From Mobula hypostoma (taxonomy: Eukaryota): a stretch of 64,000 bases of DNA. The notes under the pieces are model-generated. The model saw nothing but the letters and a program-made list of their open reading frames with translations. It was not told the origin of the DNA and searched no databases. This document shows positions 50,213 to 63,725 of this stretch, in pieces. The DNA lies in contig NC_086097.1 of the NCBI RefSeq assembly GCF_963921235.1, positions 206,958,001 to 207,022,000 of the forward strand. Direction: 5' to 3'. Made by a program: the position numbers and the translations under genes. Each line of letters begins with the position of its first letter. Position 1 is the stretch's first letter.

Positions 50213-51061
50213 AAAATCCACCTGCCTACTCTGCCCAAGAATCCAATTGTAATCTTAAACAACCGTCCTCACTTTCCACAAGACCAATTTTTGTGTCATT
50301 TATAATTTTACCAATCATACCTATTTTTACACACAAGTTGTTTGTATCAGAAGCAAAGGACTCAGCACTAATCCCTATGGTACAACTTTCAGTCACAGAA
50401 ATATTCTTCCACCATTACCCAAGACAATTTTGGATTATTAGCCAGCTCCTTTTGTATCTTGATTCTTGGCTTCCTGAACCAGCCATGCAGGACCTTGTCA
50501 AAAGCCTTACTAAAATCTATATAGTCAATATCTATTGCCTTCTCGGTTACCTCTTCTAAAACCTCAAATTAGTGGAACAGAATTGCCATGCCCCCCTCAC
50601 AAAGCCACGCTGCCTAGCCCTGATTAATCCCTACTTTTCAAATGTACACAAATCCTGTCTGTTAGAATTTTCTCTGCTAATTTGTCTACCATTGACTGAC
50701 CTGTTTACCGGCCTGTGGTGACTTACGTTATTTGAGAAGGGCAGCAGGATTAAGAAACAACATTTGCTATTCTTCAGATTTCTAGAACCTCGTCCATGGC
50801 TGACAAAGATGCAAAAATCTCCACCTTTAATTCCTATAGCATTCTGGGATAGATCTTACTCTGCCCTAGTGACAGAGTCAGAGGAATACAGCATGAAACC
50901 AGGCCCATCAGCCCAACTAACCAGTGACAACCTTGCCAGTACCATTTGCCCACATTTTATTTAAATTCCCCTAAACCCCACCTATCCACGTACATATCCA
51001 AATTTATTCATTTTTATGCATTTTATATGTTGGTTGAAAACAAGGCACTTAATGTGAATAA

Positions 51062-51159
51062 CGCAACATACATCAAAGTTGCTGGTGAACGCAGCAGGCC
51101 AGGCAGCATCTATAGGAAGAGGTGCAGTCAACGTTTCAGGCCGAGACCCTTCGTCAGGA
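51062..51159 (-). ncRNA. Penelope pseudo-LTR carrying a minimal type I hammerhead ribozyme motif (51125-51159)
   Basis: Minus strand TC CTGACGA AGG GTCTCGG CCT GAAA CGTT GACTG: intact CUGAnGA and GAAA boxes, 3-bp stem II, palindromic ACGT stem III; stem I is truncated. Confidence 0.7.
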
Positions 51160-52361
51160 TAGTTGTTCACTAAAAGTTCTGTGTATTAATGCTCTGACCA
51201 ACTGATGTCAGAAAAGAGTAAAGTCTTCAAACACAAAGCTCCCCTGATCTCTGTTTGCTAATTTCAGCATCAAGCAACATTGGCTCAGATATCGTAAACA
51301 CAGGAAACAACATTCTATATTAATAGATGATACAAACATCGGCTGGCCATAACATCTGTTCAAAATGACATTAATAAACAGTGTAAACTTTGCAACATCT
51401 CAATCCTCTTAAATACTCTACACGATGTGTTATCCTGTATTAACCTATATTATGTTTAAAAAGGTGCTCAGTTGTGCTTTTTGACTTCACAATTAATGCT
51501 GAATCTCCAAAGAAGATTTCCCAAAGAGGGGCAAAGTACAAGAAATGCTTTGATTAGAAATTTGCACTTTTTAATTTCATGGCCAGTTGTGAAATCAATG
51601 CTCTTAAATGTATTATTATTTCCTGAATGCAAAACAATTTAAACATTTTTTACAACTTAAAAAGGGGCATTTAATTTGGTAAGAATCTGGTATTCACTAA
51701 TAGTTCTGTTTAGTTCTGTTTTAGACACTTTCTCTGACTTTAGAGGCATAGAGTAATACAGCAAAGAAATAGAACCAGGCCAGTCAAGATGCCCATCTAA
51801 GCTCATCCCACTTACTCGAATTTGATTCCAGCAAATATAATTTAAAGATCGTTCCACTTAATACAGAGGACCCAACATTCCAGCTGAAATCCTTTCAGCT
51901 TTAATTTGAGGCCATTTCTACAGATACAGCTTTCTTACTTGTCAGTTTGATTATTAGATTTTATGCATTCAGTAACATGGTTAAGATTTGCTTATTATTA
52001 TTTTGCACACCAATTTATCTCATGAAATGAGAACACATTGAGGTCAAAAAGTTAGTAAACTTCTCACTGACTTCCAATTATGGGATTCCCGCTCTTTGGT
52101 GATAGATTGAAATAGTTTTGTACACTATCACTAAAAAGAATATCAAGTCTCCATCATCACAGTGGCACAATATCTAAGTCTATTTGTACCGTTTGCATGT
52201 GGCTTCATGCTAGATATGTCCACTTTCACCTCCCAATTTAATGCATTTTGCACTAAAAATGTTTCTTTCCATTTGATGCATTTTATCATAACTGCCAGTT
52301 TTTCAACATAGCTGGTTGCAATTTTACTCTGTCTTCTGCTTCAATAGTTTTTTCTCTGAGG

Positions 52362-52700
52362 ATCATCACCTTGTTATGGTGGAGAGGATTGTGAATTTCT
52401 GAGAACCCAAGCACAATGCTGTCGTGAGTTTAGCCATCTGTGCCTTAGCTTCTGGTAGTCATCCATGCTGGTAAGGCCAAGGGGGAGGTTCCAGACAAAC
52501 AGCGTTCCAAACAAGACCACAACAGTGCAGCTGGCAGAAGATGATGACACATCACAACTGTAGTGATGGTGGACAAAGGGTCCTCAGTTGTCTTACATTC
52601 CAAACCACTGGACCCTGACCGCTATCTATCAAAGATCATGTGGTGGCTGCCCATACATCAGCCTCCCCACATTAAACAAAGTCATGCATATGGGCATTCT
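52362..52700 (+). repeat. RTE-clade (Expander/Rex3-like) LINE 5' region, decayed
   Basis: ATCACCTTGTTATGGTGGAGAGG...GGTAAGGCCAAGGGGGAGGTTCCAGACAAA resembles RTE 5' UTRs as recalled. Confidence 0.5.
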
Positions 52701-53014
52701 GCATGAACGGAATCAACTCTAACATCTCATATTGTCTCGTGGCAATCAGCAAGAGATGAAATGGACAGGATCAAGAGGTCTGGAAGCCCATACTGCACCA
52801 GGATATGTACATCCTGGATTGGTAATACAACCCCTTAGGAGAACATCATACTCTACTTGATACTACCGCTGTCACTTCAAAAGTTACCAAGTTTGCCTTT
52901 TCATTTGCAGCAAATTTTGCTAGAGCTATTTACCTTTACATTCTTCCAGCTGAAGACTACACATGAGACATGTTGCAACTATTTGTGACTATTATAGATT
53001 CACCAGTACATCTT

Positions 53015-53470
53015 AGAAACATAGAAAACCTACAGTACTATACAAGTCCTTCGAACCACAAAGCTGTGCCAAACATGTCCTATCTTAGAAATTACCTAGG
53101 GTACTTTTTTCCATAGATGCTGCCTGGTTCACTGAGTTCTTCCAGCATTTTGTGTGTGTTGCTCTGTGTAAGATATATGTCCCATACATCTCTTTTGAAA
53201 TTTCCATCTCTTCTCTTAAATGCAAACCCTTTGGTATTAGACATTTCAACCCTGGGAAAAATATACCGGCTGTCCATTGGCACAATATTATAAACTTCTA
53301 TCAGGTCTCCCCCAGTCTCCATCACTCCACAGAAATCAACCAAGATTGTCCAACTTTCCCTTGTTTCAATGCCAGGCAGCACCAGATAAACCTCTTCTGT
53401 GCCCGCTCAAAAAACTCCATATCCATCCAACAATGGGAAGACCATTTATGAATGTGACACTCCAGATGTG
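53015..53470 (-). mobile_element. CR1 3' pieces with an interleaved Penelope pseudo-LTR (53100-53165, + strand)
   Basis: AGAAACATAGAAAACCTACAG tail; GDLIEVYNI; GATGCTGCCTGGTTCACTGAGTTC. Confidence 0.75.
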
Positions 53471-55365
53471 TTCTAACATAAATCATTATTTAAAGATTTT
53501 TGTGCATATTGTCCTGGAATATTCTTCACCCTGAGAGATGGAGCACTAAGATGTTGCTACTTTATTATGCAATTCCTTACCAGAACAAATGTTTCTAATC
53601 ACACTGTAAAATGCTGTGCAGCAGTTAGTTGAAAACGAAAAGTCCCATGAAATTGGTAAATAGAATTAGAATTAAATTGTTGCAATCTGGAACGCACTGT
53701 CTGAAATATGGTGCAATCGTGCTCGGGGTTCACTTTTAAAAACAGATTGGATAACACTTTATAAAGGGAAAATATATAAAGTTTCTGGGTATGGATAAAG
53801 AGCAGATAAATTGGACATTTAACTTTTTTCAAAATTTGTAACTAGCAAAGCGGACCAAATTCTCATTTTTTTTGCTGGATAATTCTTTTGATGTAAAAAA
53901 ATTACAAAAGAAAATATTTCCCTTAGCCAACTGTACCTTTGTTGGCTCCTGGAAGGAAGTTTCCAGTTGTTCCTATTTTCTTTTGTACCCCAACTTCTTT
54001 TTGCTACAGTTCAATAACTGCAGAGTGCTCTCCCTAGTACCTACCACAGCGAAAGTTACCTCCAGGATCCTCCCAGTTGCTCTATGAATTGTAGTATAGA
54101 TCCTGTGCAGGGGACATGACGTTCAAAGTGCACCAGAAGAGGAAGGCAACATCTTCAGCTTTAATTGGCCTTTATTAAACTCATAAAAACATTCAAATCT
54201 GATATCTTATAGGGTTCCTGAAAAATTCTTCCTAAATTTTGCAGCCTGTGGAAAATCATCTTTAACTGCTAACAGCTCCTTGATCTTGACAAACAGAAAT
54301 ATACAAAATCAATCTCAATGCAGGACATCATCAAGCAGAATTAGAATCAGATTTGTTATTACTGACATGCATCACAAAATGCAAGACAGTGCAAGGCATA
54401 AACAAATCTTTAAGTTACGAAAATAAAAATAAATAAATAGTGCAAACGAGGAATAGCAAGGTATTGTTCATGGGTTCTTGGGCCACTCAGAAATCTGCTG
54501 GAAGAGGGGAAGAAACTGTTCCTAAAATCCATAATATTCATTAACTGGTCCTCAACCAAACTGTTGCTCTGTACAACACTATTGCACATTAAGCATTGAT
54601 AATAAATATATTGCTATAACATAATATGTATATGATAAGTTGATAATAAAAGTCCTTAATGTGAGCTTGGAAGATTTGGATCACATCATGCAATTACTTT
54701 TACTTTTTGGGATGGTCAAAACCACTTACTGCGGTCTGCATTGAAAAAGAAATTTTTCCACAGTCATCGACTCTATAAATCTTCCTAAAAATTGATAAAA
54801 AGGCAAAACTAGGAAAATTTCATATTGTAACTATGAAGTCATGGTAGCATGTCACATATCTTACTGGACATGAGTCTGGACTAAGAATCCAAATAAAAAT
54901 TAAAATCCCACCATAGCAATTGGGTAATTTAAATTCAGTTTCATTATATGAAATAAAGAGCAAATATTGGAAAAGGTAACTATTGGACTGTTGCAAGAAT
55001 GAAACAATATCCTTCACAATTTCCCATCAGTGAAAGGAAGATGCTATCCTTAACCAACTGACATTGTGTCTCCGCGACATGGTTGAATTCTATCACTCTT
55101 TGAAATAGCATGACGATCTATTCAATTACACCAAATCAAAAACTAAAATATAATAGGAATATAACTCAATCGACCATCCTGTATGGACCTTGGTACCATG
55201 TTTTGACACTATAGATAGAGGTTGCCAGGTCAGACAATCATGAAAAGTCTTCTTAAATAATCCATGGGTTGAACTGAGAGAGCTGTCTGAGAGATTAATT
55301 AAGCTTCAGCTGGACATTCATAAGCAATAAATCATACCTTTCAGATAATCTGGTTTTGGTTTTAA

Positions 55366-55785
55366 CCCTTTCATAAAGTTCCTATTCTATACCTTCACAG
55401 TATGGTCCAGGTCAATTTTGACCCAGCCCGAGAATCCCCTCATAACAAGTGTCTATACCAGATTTTGAACCGTAGATCTATTTAGAATGTATAAATAGCC
55501 TATCTGACATTAATAAATGGGTGATTAATCCTTAATTAATGTTTCAGAGATCTAAAATTGATTTCAATAGATACTGGGTCAAATTTGACTCGGAACAGCC
55601 TCAATGTACAAAAATTTGTAGCACCTGTACAAAAGTATAATACTTTTTAATATTTTCATTTTTGCACATTTTGGGTCACCTTAGGAAAAGTCATCAAATT
55701 TTGGCTAAAAAAATGGTATTTAGGGTGTTTTTACTGCTGTCAAATGTCAATTTGGGTCAAATTTGACCCGGACAGTATGTAAGGG
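55366..55785. mobile_element. piggyBac-type MITE
   Basis: TTAA|CCCTT ... AAGGG|TTAA ends; palindromic GGTCAAATTTGACC motif three times (~55409, ~55576, ~55754). Confidence 0.75.
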
Positions 55786-55989
55786 TTAACTGGAGGGAGC
55801 TTCTCAATTGACATATTACTTACAATTTTCATTATAGACTCTCCTAACTTGTGTTTTATTAAAATCACTATAAGCTCACCCCCATCTTAAACTTAAGACA
55901 GCAGCACTTCTGAGACAGGGAACAAACAAGTAACTTCTTTATACTTGTGTATCCATCTGACTTTAGTTGTTTCAAGATATGATAAAGCA

Positions 55990-58900
55990 CCTTTTCCAGC
56001 CCCTTCCAGTGGCTTCCAAGCTTGGGGGATAGTTCTTTCTTCCAGATGGGGCAGTAGACCCATACCCAGTCCCCACAGTAAAGTCCTGTCCTCAGCTGCG
56101 GGCATCATAAGCCTGCTAGCTGTGTTTTGGTTCTGCCAAGCCGCATCGTGAATAGCATGTAGGCGGCCCCTGAGGTGCTGCAGGTACTCCAAACCAGCCT
56201 TCCCAGGAATCTCTGGATCAGGAGAAGGGCCAAACACCAGATCAACTGGGGCTCCGGTCTGGGACTGCGTATACTTCTGGCCCCTTCATGAAGTAATCCA
56301 AGGCCACAAGAATGTAGCAGTTCCTGGCATCAGGCTCAGGGGAAGGGGGCCAGGATGACCACCTCTACATGCTCCATTGAGGCCCCCACCAGGTACAGCT
56401 GCACTGGCGCCCTGTACTGGTGGTCTGGCCCCTTTTGGGACGTGCAAGGTGCACAGCAGTTCACGAACATATCCATGTTCTGCCTGCAACCAGGCCAAGA
56501 GAAGCATTTGTGCAGCTTGCCCAAAGTCTTTGCAGCCCTGAATGGTCAATCCCCTCCAACCATAGCATCATGCGTGGAGCCCCCAGACGACCACCAGCTG
56601 CAGGAGATGGCTGTAGCCACTGGAAAACTGCCACCGTCAGAACAGCAATCCGTCGCGCACACCAGCATGGCCCACTGAGAGTACAGGGCTTTAGTTTCTG
56701 GATCCTAGGCAGAGACATGCCCAACTCCAGCCATTGTCCCACGCTCAGCCATCTCCTCAGCCGGGCAAGCATGGGATCACTCTTCTGCTCGCTACACAGC
56801 TGCCAGCGGTCAGTGGTGGAGAGGTCACCACCGCTGCCACCGGAAGCACCACCACCGCCCCTTGCCCCTGGTTCCGCTCCTCGAGGCAGCGACAGTAGTA
56901 ACGCTTGTGGGGCCGCACAGCCTTGCTTTGCCTTGGTGCCTTCTGGCTGGCGCTGTTTCTCACAATCATAGTCCCCGACAGACTCCAGCCACCAAGTGCC
57001 GGCTGCCCCTCATGACCGTGGAAGCTCTACAGCCAAGTCAGCAGTGCATGGCCTGTGCAAAGAAGGAACCATCAGCAGAAGAGGTAGGGGTGGAAATGGC
57101 AGAGGACCTGGACCATGGCCAAGAGCTCCTGGCGGGTGACACAATAGTTCTGTTCAGGGTGGCTCAGGGTGGGGCTGAAGTACGCTACAATGCATTCTTC
57201 TTTGTCCCCCTCCTGTGACATCACTGCACTGAGCCCCCCATCGCTGGCGTCTGTGTCAACAATGAAGGGGCATGTGCTGGATCAGAATACACCAGCACCA
57301 GGGCTTGGGTGAGCACAGCTCGGAGCTGGTTGAAGGCAGCAGTTCAGGTGTCGGTCCAGGCAAAGGACCTTTCCTTCTTGGTGAGCTGGTGCAGAAGATT
57401 GGGGATGCTGGTGGTCCTTAATAAACTGGCCAGTAGTATGATGCCAGCCCTGGGAAGGTGCGAAACTTGGAGACATCACGGGGGTGGTGGGCCATTCCAT
57501 GACCGCTACCACCTTCTCAGGGTCTGTAGCCACACCTTCCACACTCACCACGTGCCCCAGGAACTTCGCCTGGCAGTGCAGCAGGCAGCATTTAGTGGTC
57601 TGAGGTGCAGGTTCGCTTGGCGGTTGACAGCAAAGACCTCTTCCGGGTTCCGCAGAGCATCGTCAAAAACAGAGGTGTGCACCAGGAGATCGCCCAAATA
57701 GATGACACACTGAGTGACTCCGCAGAATGTGAGCCAGCACCCATCAGTCTCTCGAATGTGGCTGGGTATTACACAGGCCAAACAACATTACCCGGAAGTG
57801 CCACAGCCCTTGACCAGGGCGCCAGTACAGCCTTGGGCTAGACCTCTGGGGCCAATCGGACCTGCCCGTCGTCAGGGCGGAGATTGAGAGAGCTGAGTCA
57901 GGTCACACCCATGATACAGTCCAGGACATCATCAATTCGGGGCAGCGGGTAGGAGTCCTTCTGGGTCACGGCATTGAGACGGCGGTAGTCTATGCAGAAC
58001 CGCCACAATTCATCTTTCTTCATGACGAACACCGCTGGGGCTGTCCACGGGCTGTTGGAAGGTGCAGCCTCCGCCATCTCTTTGATCTGCTGTTCCACTG
58101 CCTGGCAATGGGGCAGGCGTCCCATTGTGGTGTTGGAACAGCCCTGTGCGACTGCAGTCCGTGTCCTTAGCTGCGAAGGTATTGAGTTGCTGGCCCAGGA
58201 GATCTTTCAACCACCGCCACTGGTCCTGATCCAAACCCTCACTGCTGCACTGCACGGCTCCTGGACGGTCTCGCTGGTGGGCGCCAGAGTATTGTTACCG
58301 ATGTTGTCACGCTCTACTGATGCAGTTGCTGATCACAGGGTGGTGCATTTGTGGAAGTTGGGTGTATTTAAGGCAGAGCTTGATACGTTCTTGAATGGAC
58401 TCGGCATCAAAGGTCGCAGGGAGAAGGATGGGGAATGGGGCTGGGGAGGGGAAAAAAGGATCAGCCATGATTGAATGATGGAGCAGGCTCAATGGGCCAA
58501 ATGGCCTAATTCTGCTCCTATATCTTATCGTCTTATGGTCTCCTGGACACGGTGAGCTGCCCTGAGGTGGCCAGCGATGGCGTGTTTCGCCCTGCCACAG
58601 GTTTTGTTGTGATGTGCTTCCTTGCACTGGGCCGCTGTGGGGTATGCAGCATAGTGATGGGCCACTGTTAGACCGGTGGTGGACATTGCTGCGCCTGCGC
58701 CTGCGCTGTCCACTTCCTGGAGCTGCCCTGCCAGAGAGCCGCAGCATCAGTGCTGAAGTAGTGTCGACTTCACACGGGGCCCCAGTGGGACAGCAGGTCC
58801 CGGCCAGTGATACACAGTCCTGAATGTCAGCAAGCCACACCTCATTCTCCACTGTGTTTCTCCCCACTGAGATGCGCAACCACCTCTTCCATCTCATCAC

Positions 58901-60556
58901 CAAACAGTCACTGGTGTCTGTAGCCAGCTGTACCACCATTGTTGTCCAGCCAGACAGGGCTGGCAGGCCCGTGTGGGGGAGGACACCTGGATAGATGATG
59001 GTGATGGCTGACCCCGAGTCCACCAACACATGGCGTCTGACGCCCTTCACGTATAAGCCTCGACCTTCACGTAAACGGGGAGGTGACAATGCAAGGACAC
59101 TGCTGGAAGTCACAGTCGCTGCTTCCTTCAGCACGGACTGTCCTGCGTCTCCCGTGGCTGCACAGGGCTATGGCGTGGGGCTGGTGTGAGGCAGTTCCAG
59201 GCCATGTGGCCTGCCTCACCACACCAATAGCTGAGATCGGCCCATGGCATGCGGAGCTGATTGGACCTGTCACATGGGCTCCTCCTCATGATTTTCTTCC
59301 TCCACCTTGGCGGCACAGGTTTGGGCTCGCAGTATGCGGGGCAATGCTGGAATGCTGTGGGGGGGGGGGTCTAAGATTGCTTTGCCTCTTCACCTCTGCC
59401 AGCGTTGATGGTGATGTTTGGCAAGTGTACTGCCGAAGACACCCTACCATCAGTGCCTTTACACGGAGGGCATGGAGAGCAAGCTCTGCCTGGGCCATGG
59501 GAGGGAACACAATGGTAGAGATCTTCTGTGAATGCTCCCAAGCTTTCTCCCACCTACTGCCCAGTTCTTCGCTCATAACTTCCTCCAATGGCCTCTGGTC
59601 AAAACACCGCTCCAATGCCACTACGAGGGCCCTGTAGTCACGCTGCACAGCTGGCATTTGGTTGAGGAGGACCTGCAGGGCATCCTGCTCCAGCGCCAGG
59701 GCAAGGGGCACCACTGTCTTGGTGGGGGTCCACACATTGTGCCATGTGGCAAGTTTGACTTGCACCAGGTGTCCCCAAGCGGCCGGTACCATTGCATCTG
59801 GAGGGCTTCAGGGTGGAGCTTGTGGCAATAATTACTGGGGCCCATTGGTCCTCCTCTTTCTCTGGTGCCATTGGTGGTGCCTGCAGCATTGCCCATTCTC
59901 CCATGATTGTGACGTTTTGGGTTCCCCAGTGCAGCCTGTGAGGGAGGCAGGTGATGCATTCCGCTGAGTACCCCGGGTTGGGGAGCTTAGGTATGCTCGC
60001 CCCATTGGGGTTCCCTGGAAAGGCACAATGTTCTATTCCCAGGTTTCCCTCTGAGTCGGCATCCCGTCTTCAGAAGTCCAGCCCGGGTACGTGGGTCAGG
60101 CATTCTGCTTGGTCCGTCCACTTCTTTCCTGGGCCTTAAGGCACTCCATCCGACTTCATATCTCTTCAACTTCGCCATCAATTTCTAATTCTACTCCTGA
60201 CCACATTGTGGCGAGCATTCGGTCTATGATGACCAATGAGAAAAGCCCATTTAACTCAACTACCAAATTCATTGTGACAAGTACGATAATAGACAGAGTG
60301 CAAGAGCTCAGTGAGAGCTAACTCAGTCACATACAGACTGGTAGCTGATTGTTACACACTTCAGTTACAGTCAGGGTAGCTCAAAAACACACAAGCGAAC
60401 AACTGTATAACCCAAGCTACAATGTAAGAATAAATGAACTTGAACAGCTCACCATCATTTGCACACTAGGAACGTAATTTAAAACAAGGACAATAAGTAG
60501 CGCTGACTGCTAGGATTGCTGGGGTGAACTGTCGACCACACCACGGCAGCACCACA
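55990..60556 (-). mobile_element. Fourth, GC-rich Gypsy family: 5' LTR (60207-60556) and decayed gag, PR, RT, RNase H and integrase; 3' end missing
   Basis: LTR TGTGG...CCACA; gag DYRALVVALERCF, knuckle [71 protein letters not shown]. Confidence 0.88.
58337..58540 (+). mobile_element. Short CR1 3' end inserted in Gypsy pol
   Basis: AGGGTGGTGCATTTGTGGAA...CCTAATTCTGCTCCTATATCTTATCGTCTTATGGTC. Confidence 0.85.
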
Positions 60557-60849
60557 ATAAGTTACAAACATGAAAATATGTTATAAATAAATATCAAGCA
60601 AACAAATAGATAGATAATTAAATAATTCAAAAGCGGAATAGCAAGGTAGTGTTCATGGGTTCATGGATTGTTCAGAAATCTAATGGCAGAGGAGAAGAAG
60701 CTGTTCCTAAAACATGGAATGTGGGGCTTCAGGCTTCCTAATCTCCTCCCGAGTTGTTATATTGAGAAGGTGTGTGAAGATCCGTAATGATGAATGCCAC
60801 CTTCTTAAAGCACTACCCTTTGAAATTGTCCTCATTGATTGGGATCTGG

Positions 60850-61540
60850 ACTACTTACAGGGCTCTGGATCACTGTTCTTGAACAATACAGGTCTAGCCC
60901 TCAGAAAATTGTGAATCTCACAGTTCATCCACAGCTTCTGGTTTGGGTATGCTTGGTATGTTCTCAACAGTACACATTTAGCTATGCAGCTCTTGATGTA
61001 GTCAGTGATGACGGTAGCATATTCATTTAGATCTGAAGATGAATCCCTGAAGATGGTCCATCCCACTGAGCCAAAGCAGTCCTATTAGTGCTTCTCTGCT
61101 TCCTTTGACCATACCTTCATGGTCCTAACCACGGCTGCAGCCCTCAGACTCTGTCTGTACGCCGGGAGCAGTAGTTCAGCCAGATAATTGAACTTGCCAA
61201 AGTTTGGGTGCAGGATGGCATGTTAAATGTTCTTGATGGAGGTGTAACAATGATCATGTGTTGGCTCCTCTGGTTCCGCAGGTGATGTGTTAGTGTCTGA
61301 GACTTCTCCAAGCTGGTTGTAGTCCACCACAATGACTGGGAAAGTATCAGAGTCTGCTGTTTCGTGACTGTTGATCATGGTGTTTAGCTCCTCCTATGCC
61401 AACCTGATGTTTGCCAGTAGTGGTACGTACACTGCAAACAGGACCACAATGGAGAACTCCCTCCCTTAGCAAATGACATTTGGTTGCCAGATGTTCCAGA
61501 TCAGGTAAGCAGGACTAAGACAGAACTGCCATGTGTGTGT
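60850..61540 (-). mobile_element. Rex-type LINE endonuclease-region remnant
   Basis: WTIFRDSSSDLNEYATVITDYI...YPNQKLWMN, homologous to ORF 34224-34874. Confidence 0.8.
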
Positions 61541-62477
61541 GCTAAACTTCCTGAAACAATGAAGAAAATATAGTGCTGTGGTCTTCATTTCCATGATTTT
61601 TGACACATCCAATTACTCTCATCAAATGTATGGTTTCAGTACTCAGTCCTGGGTTACGTTCTTTCACCATGGACCGTCTGCCTCTATCATCTTCCAAGAT
61701 GCCAGTGTTAATATTTCACTTCTCTTACACTGGTGTTTTCAGTCTTTCTCCTCCATTTTTCTGTACAGGAGTCTGAAGACCCACATTCAATGATTTAGGG
61801 ACAGCAGCTTTCCCTCTGCCATCAGATTTCTGAATGGTCCATGAACCAATGAACATTAACTCGCTATTCCTCTTCATGTGATGGAAACCATCTTCCCTGG
61901 AACCATTCTAATAAATCTTGGTTGAAGTCCCTCTAAAGCAAATATATCTCTCTTTATTAAAGGAGACTCTTTAAAACTGCAGTACAGTATTCTACTGAAC
62001 TGGAAGTTGGTTGCTCAATTATAAACTCTCTATATCACATTGTTAACTGTTTACTTGTACTTTCCTATGTTTTGGCTCTGTTTATATCATGTGGTGCAGT
62101 GAGCCATAGAGAAACTAACCCATAAATTCTTCATAATACAATAATACCATAATACAACCCATAATACAAGGACTAAACAATTTTGGAGCAAGTGTAGCAA
62201 CTTTTCACAGAGACATTAAATACTACCGCTTGCTAGTTTGATTTATCTGTTAAATGTAGTACTTGGCATCAGAAGGCTTGTTGTCCAGCATTATCCAAAA
62301 TCCATTCCTGAGTTACTTCAGTACAGTAACAGCACTGGAATTTTGGCGGCTGCCTAAAGAAGTGAAAACTTTTCACTGCCTGGCTTCTCATACAATACCT
62401 GTCTTATCCTGCCGATTACATCTCTATTAATATAGTGTCTTAAAACACTAGTAATTGTATAAGAGGAATCATTGAAT

Positions 62478-63715
62478 ATGCTGGCTAAACTCAACAGGAC
62501 AGGCTGCTTCTACGGACAGGAATAAGCAGTTGACGTTTTGAGTCGAGACCCTTCATCAGATGCTGCCTGACCTGCTGAACTCCTCTAGTATTTTGTGTGT
62601 GTTATTCTGGATTTCCAGCATCTGCAGAGTCTCTTATATTTATTGAGAGCACTGTTAAATAACATCACCTAACAATAGCTAGCTCACTCATGCTCAACTT
62701 GGATCATACCAGGAAAACTTGGTCCCAGACATCATTGTTTTCTGGAAATAATAACAAGGATTACAGAGATGAGATATGCATGCTGCCCAACGTATCAATG
62801 CAGCATTTGATTGAGCATGCTATCAGTGAGTTCTAATGAAGTGTTTTCAAATGAGACACAGTATCTGTCCAAAACAGAGTCTCAGTCCAGCAGGCAGCTG
62901 CGGCAGGACTTACACAGTATAAATGGTTACAAAATGAAGCTAGGCAACCATTGCTGACAGCAGCTATTCATTCCCAAAGAGTATAACACATTCTATGCAT
63001 GGTTTCCTTCCTGGGTTACGTTCTTTCAACCCAAGGGATAACTATGGACGCAGAGAAGCCATTGTTCAATTGCCCCAACCGCACTCCCTCACTCAAATAG
63101 CGACAGCACTTCTTGGGCTTCTCCAACTTCTATCACGGTTCATCAGAAACTACAGCCAAATCGCTGCTCCTCACATCTCCATCACCAAGTCACCTACTTC
63201 ATGGATAAGCTGATCTGCTGCAGTGGGCCACACGTTTGAGGAGCTTAAGAATCTCTCACCAATGCTACCATTCTCTGCCATCCAAACCCTTCTGGACCTT
63301 TTGTGATAGAGATGGACACAGCTGAAGCAGGCGCCAGGGTCATCCTTTCTCAGCGAGGACCAGATGGGAAGACACACACTTGTGCCTTCTTCTCACACAA
63401 GTTCAAATCTACACAACATCATTATGGAGTAGGAGACAAGGAGCTACTTGCCATAAACTGGGCCTTGGAGAAAAGGAGACATTGGCTGATGGGAAACACC
63501 ACACACTTCCTGATCTGGACTGAACTCCAGAACATCATACCTATTCAACAGACTTGTCAACTCAACCCACATCAGGCTCTCTGGACCCTATTCTTCAAGC
63601 AATTTAATTTCACCATCTTCTACTGACATGTCTCCAGGAACACTAAGGTGGACACTCTGTTCCAACAGTTCAACCTAACTGAAATGGAGATCGACCCTCA
63701 GCCCATCCCTCTATC
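62478..63715 (+). repeat. Direct duplicate of 5792-6585, continuing into a chromovirus RNase H remnant (63260-63715)
   Basis: Colinear near-identical runs such as CTGCAGAGTCTCTTATATTTATTGAGAG and GGCAACCATTGCTGACAGCAG; ORF 63303-63626 YGVGDKELLAINWALEKRRHWL. Confidence 0.9.
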
Positions 63716-63725
63716 CTTCCAGAAT

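Noticed and set aside
52362..52520. Possible HDV-like ribozyme in the RTE 5' region
   Set aside because: Some RTE elements carry them, but I could not fold a convincing nested double pseudoknot in this decayed copy
54010..54186. Pyrimidine tract plus AG followed by an open frame (SALPSTYHSESYLQDPP...), a possible terminal exon
   Set aside because: Another frame reads NNCRVLSLVPTTAKVTSRIL, a decayed RTE-type NYRGISLL...GKV..RIL motif, so it is more likely a LINE remnant
56200..60200. GC-rich region dense in overlapping ORFs, a possible CpG island, gene or foreign DNA
   Set aside because: Explained by a decayed GC-rich Gypsy element; the extra ORFs are shadow frames
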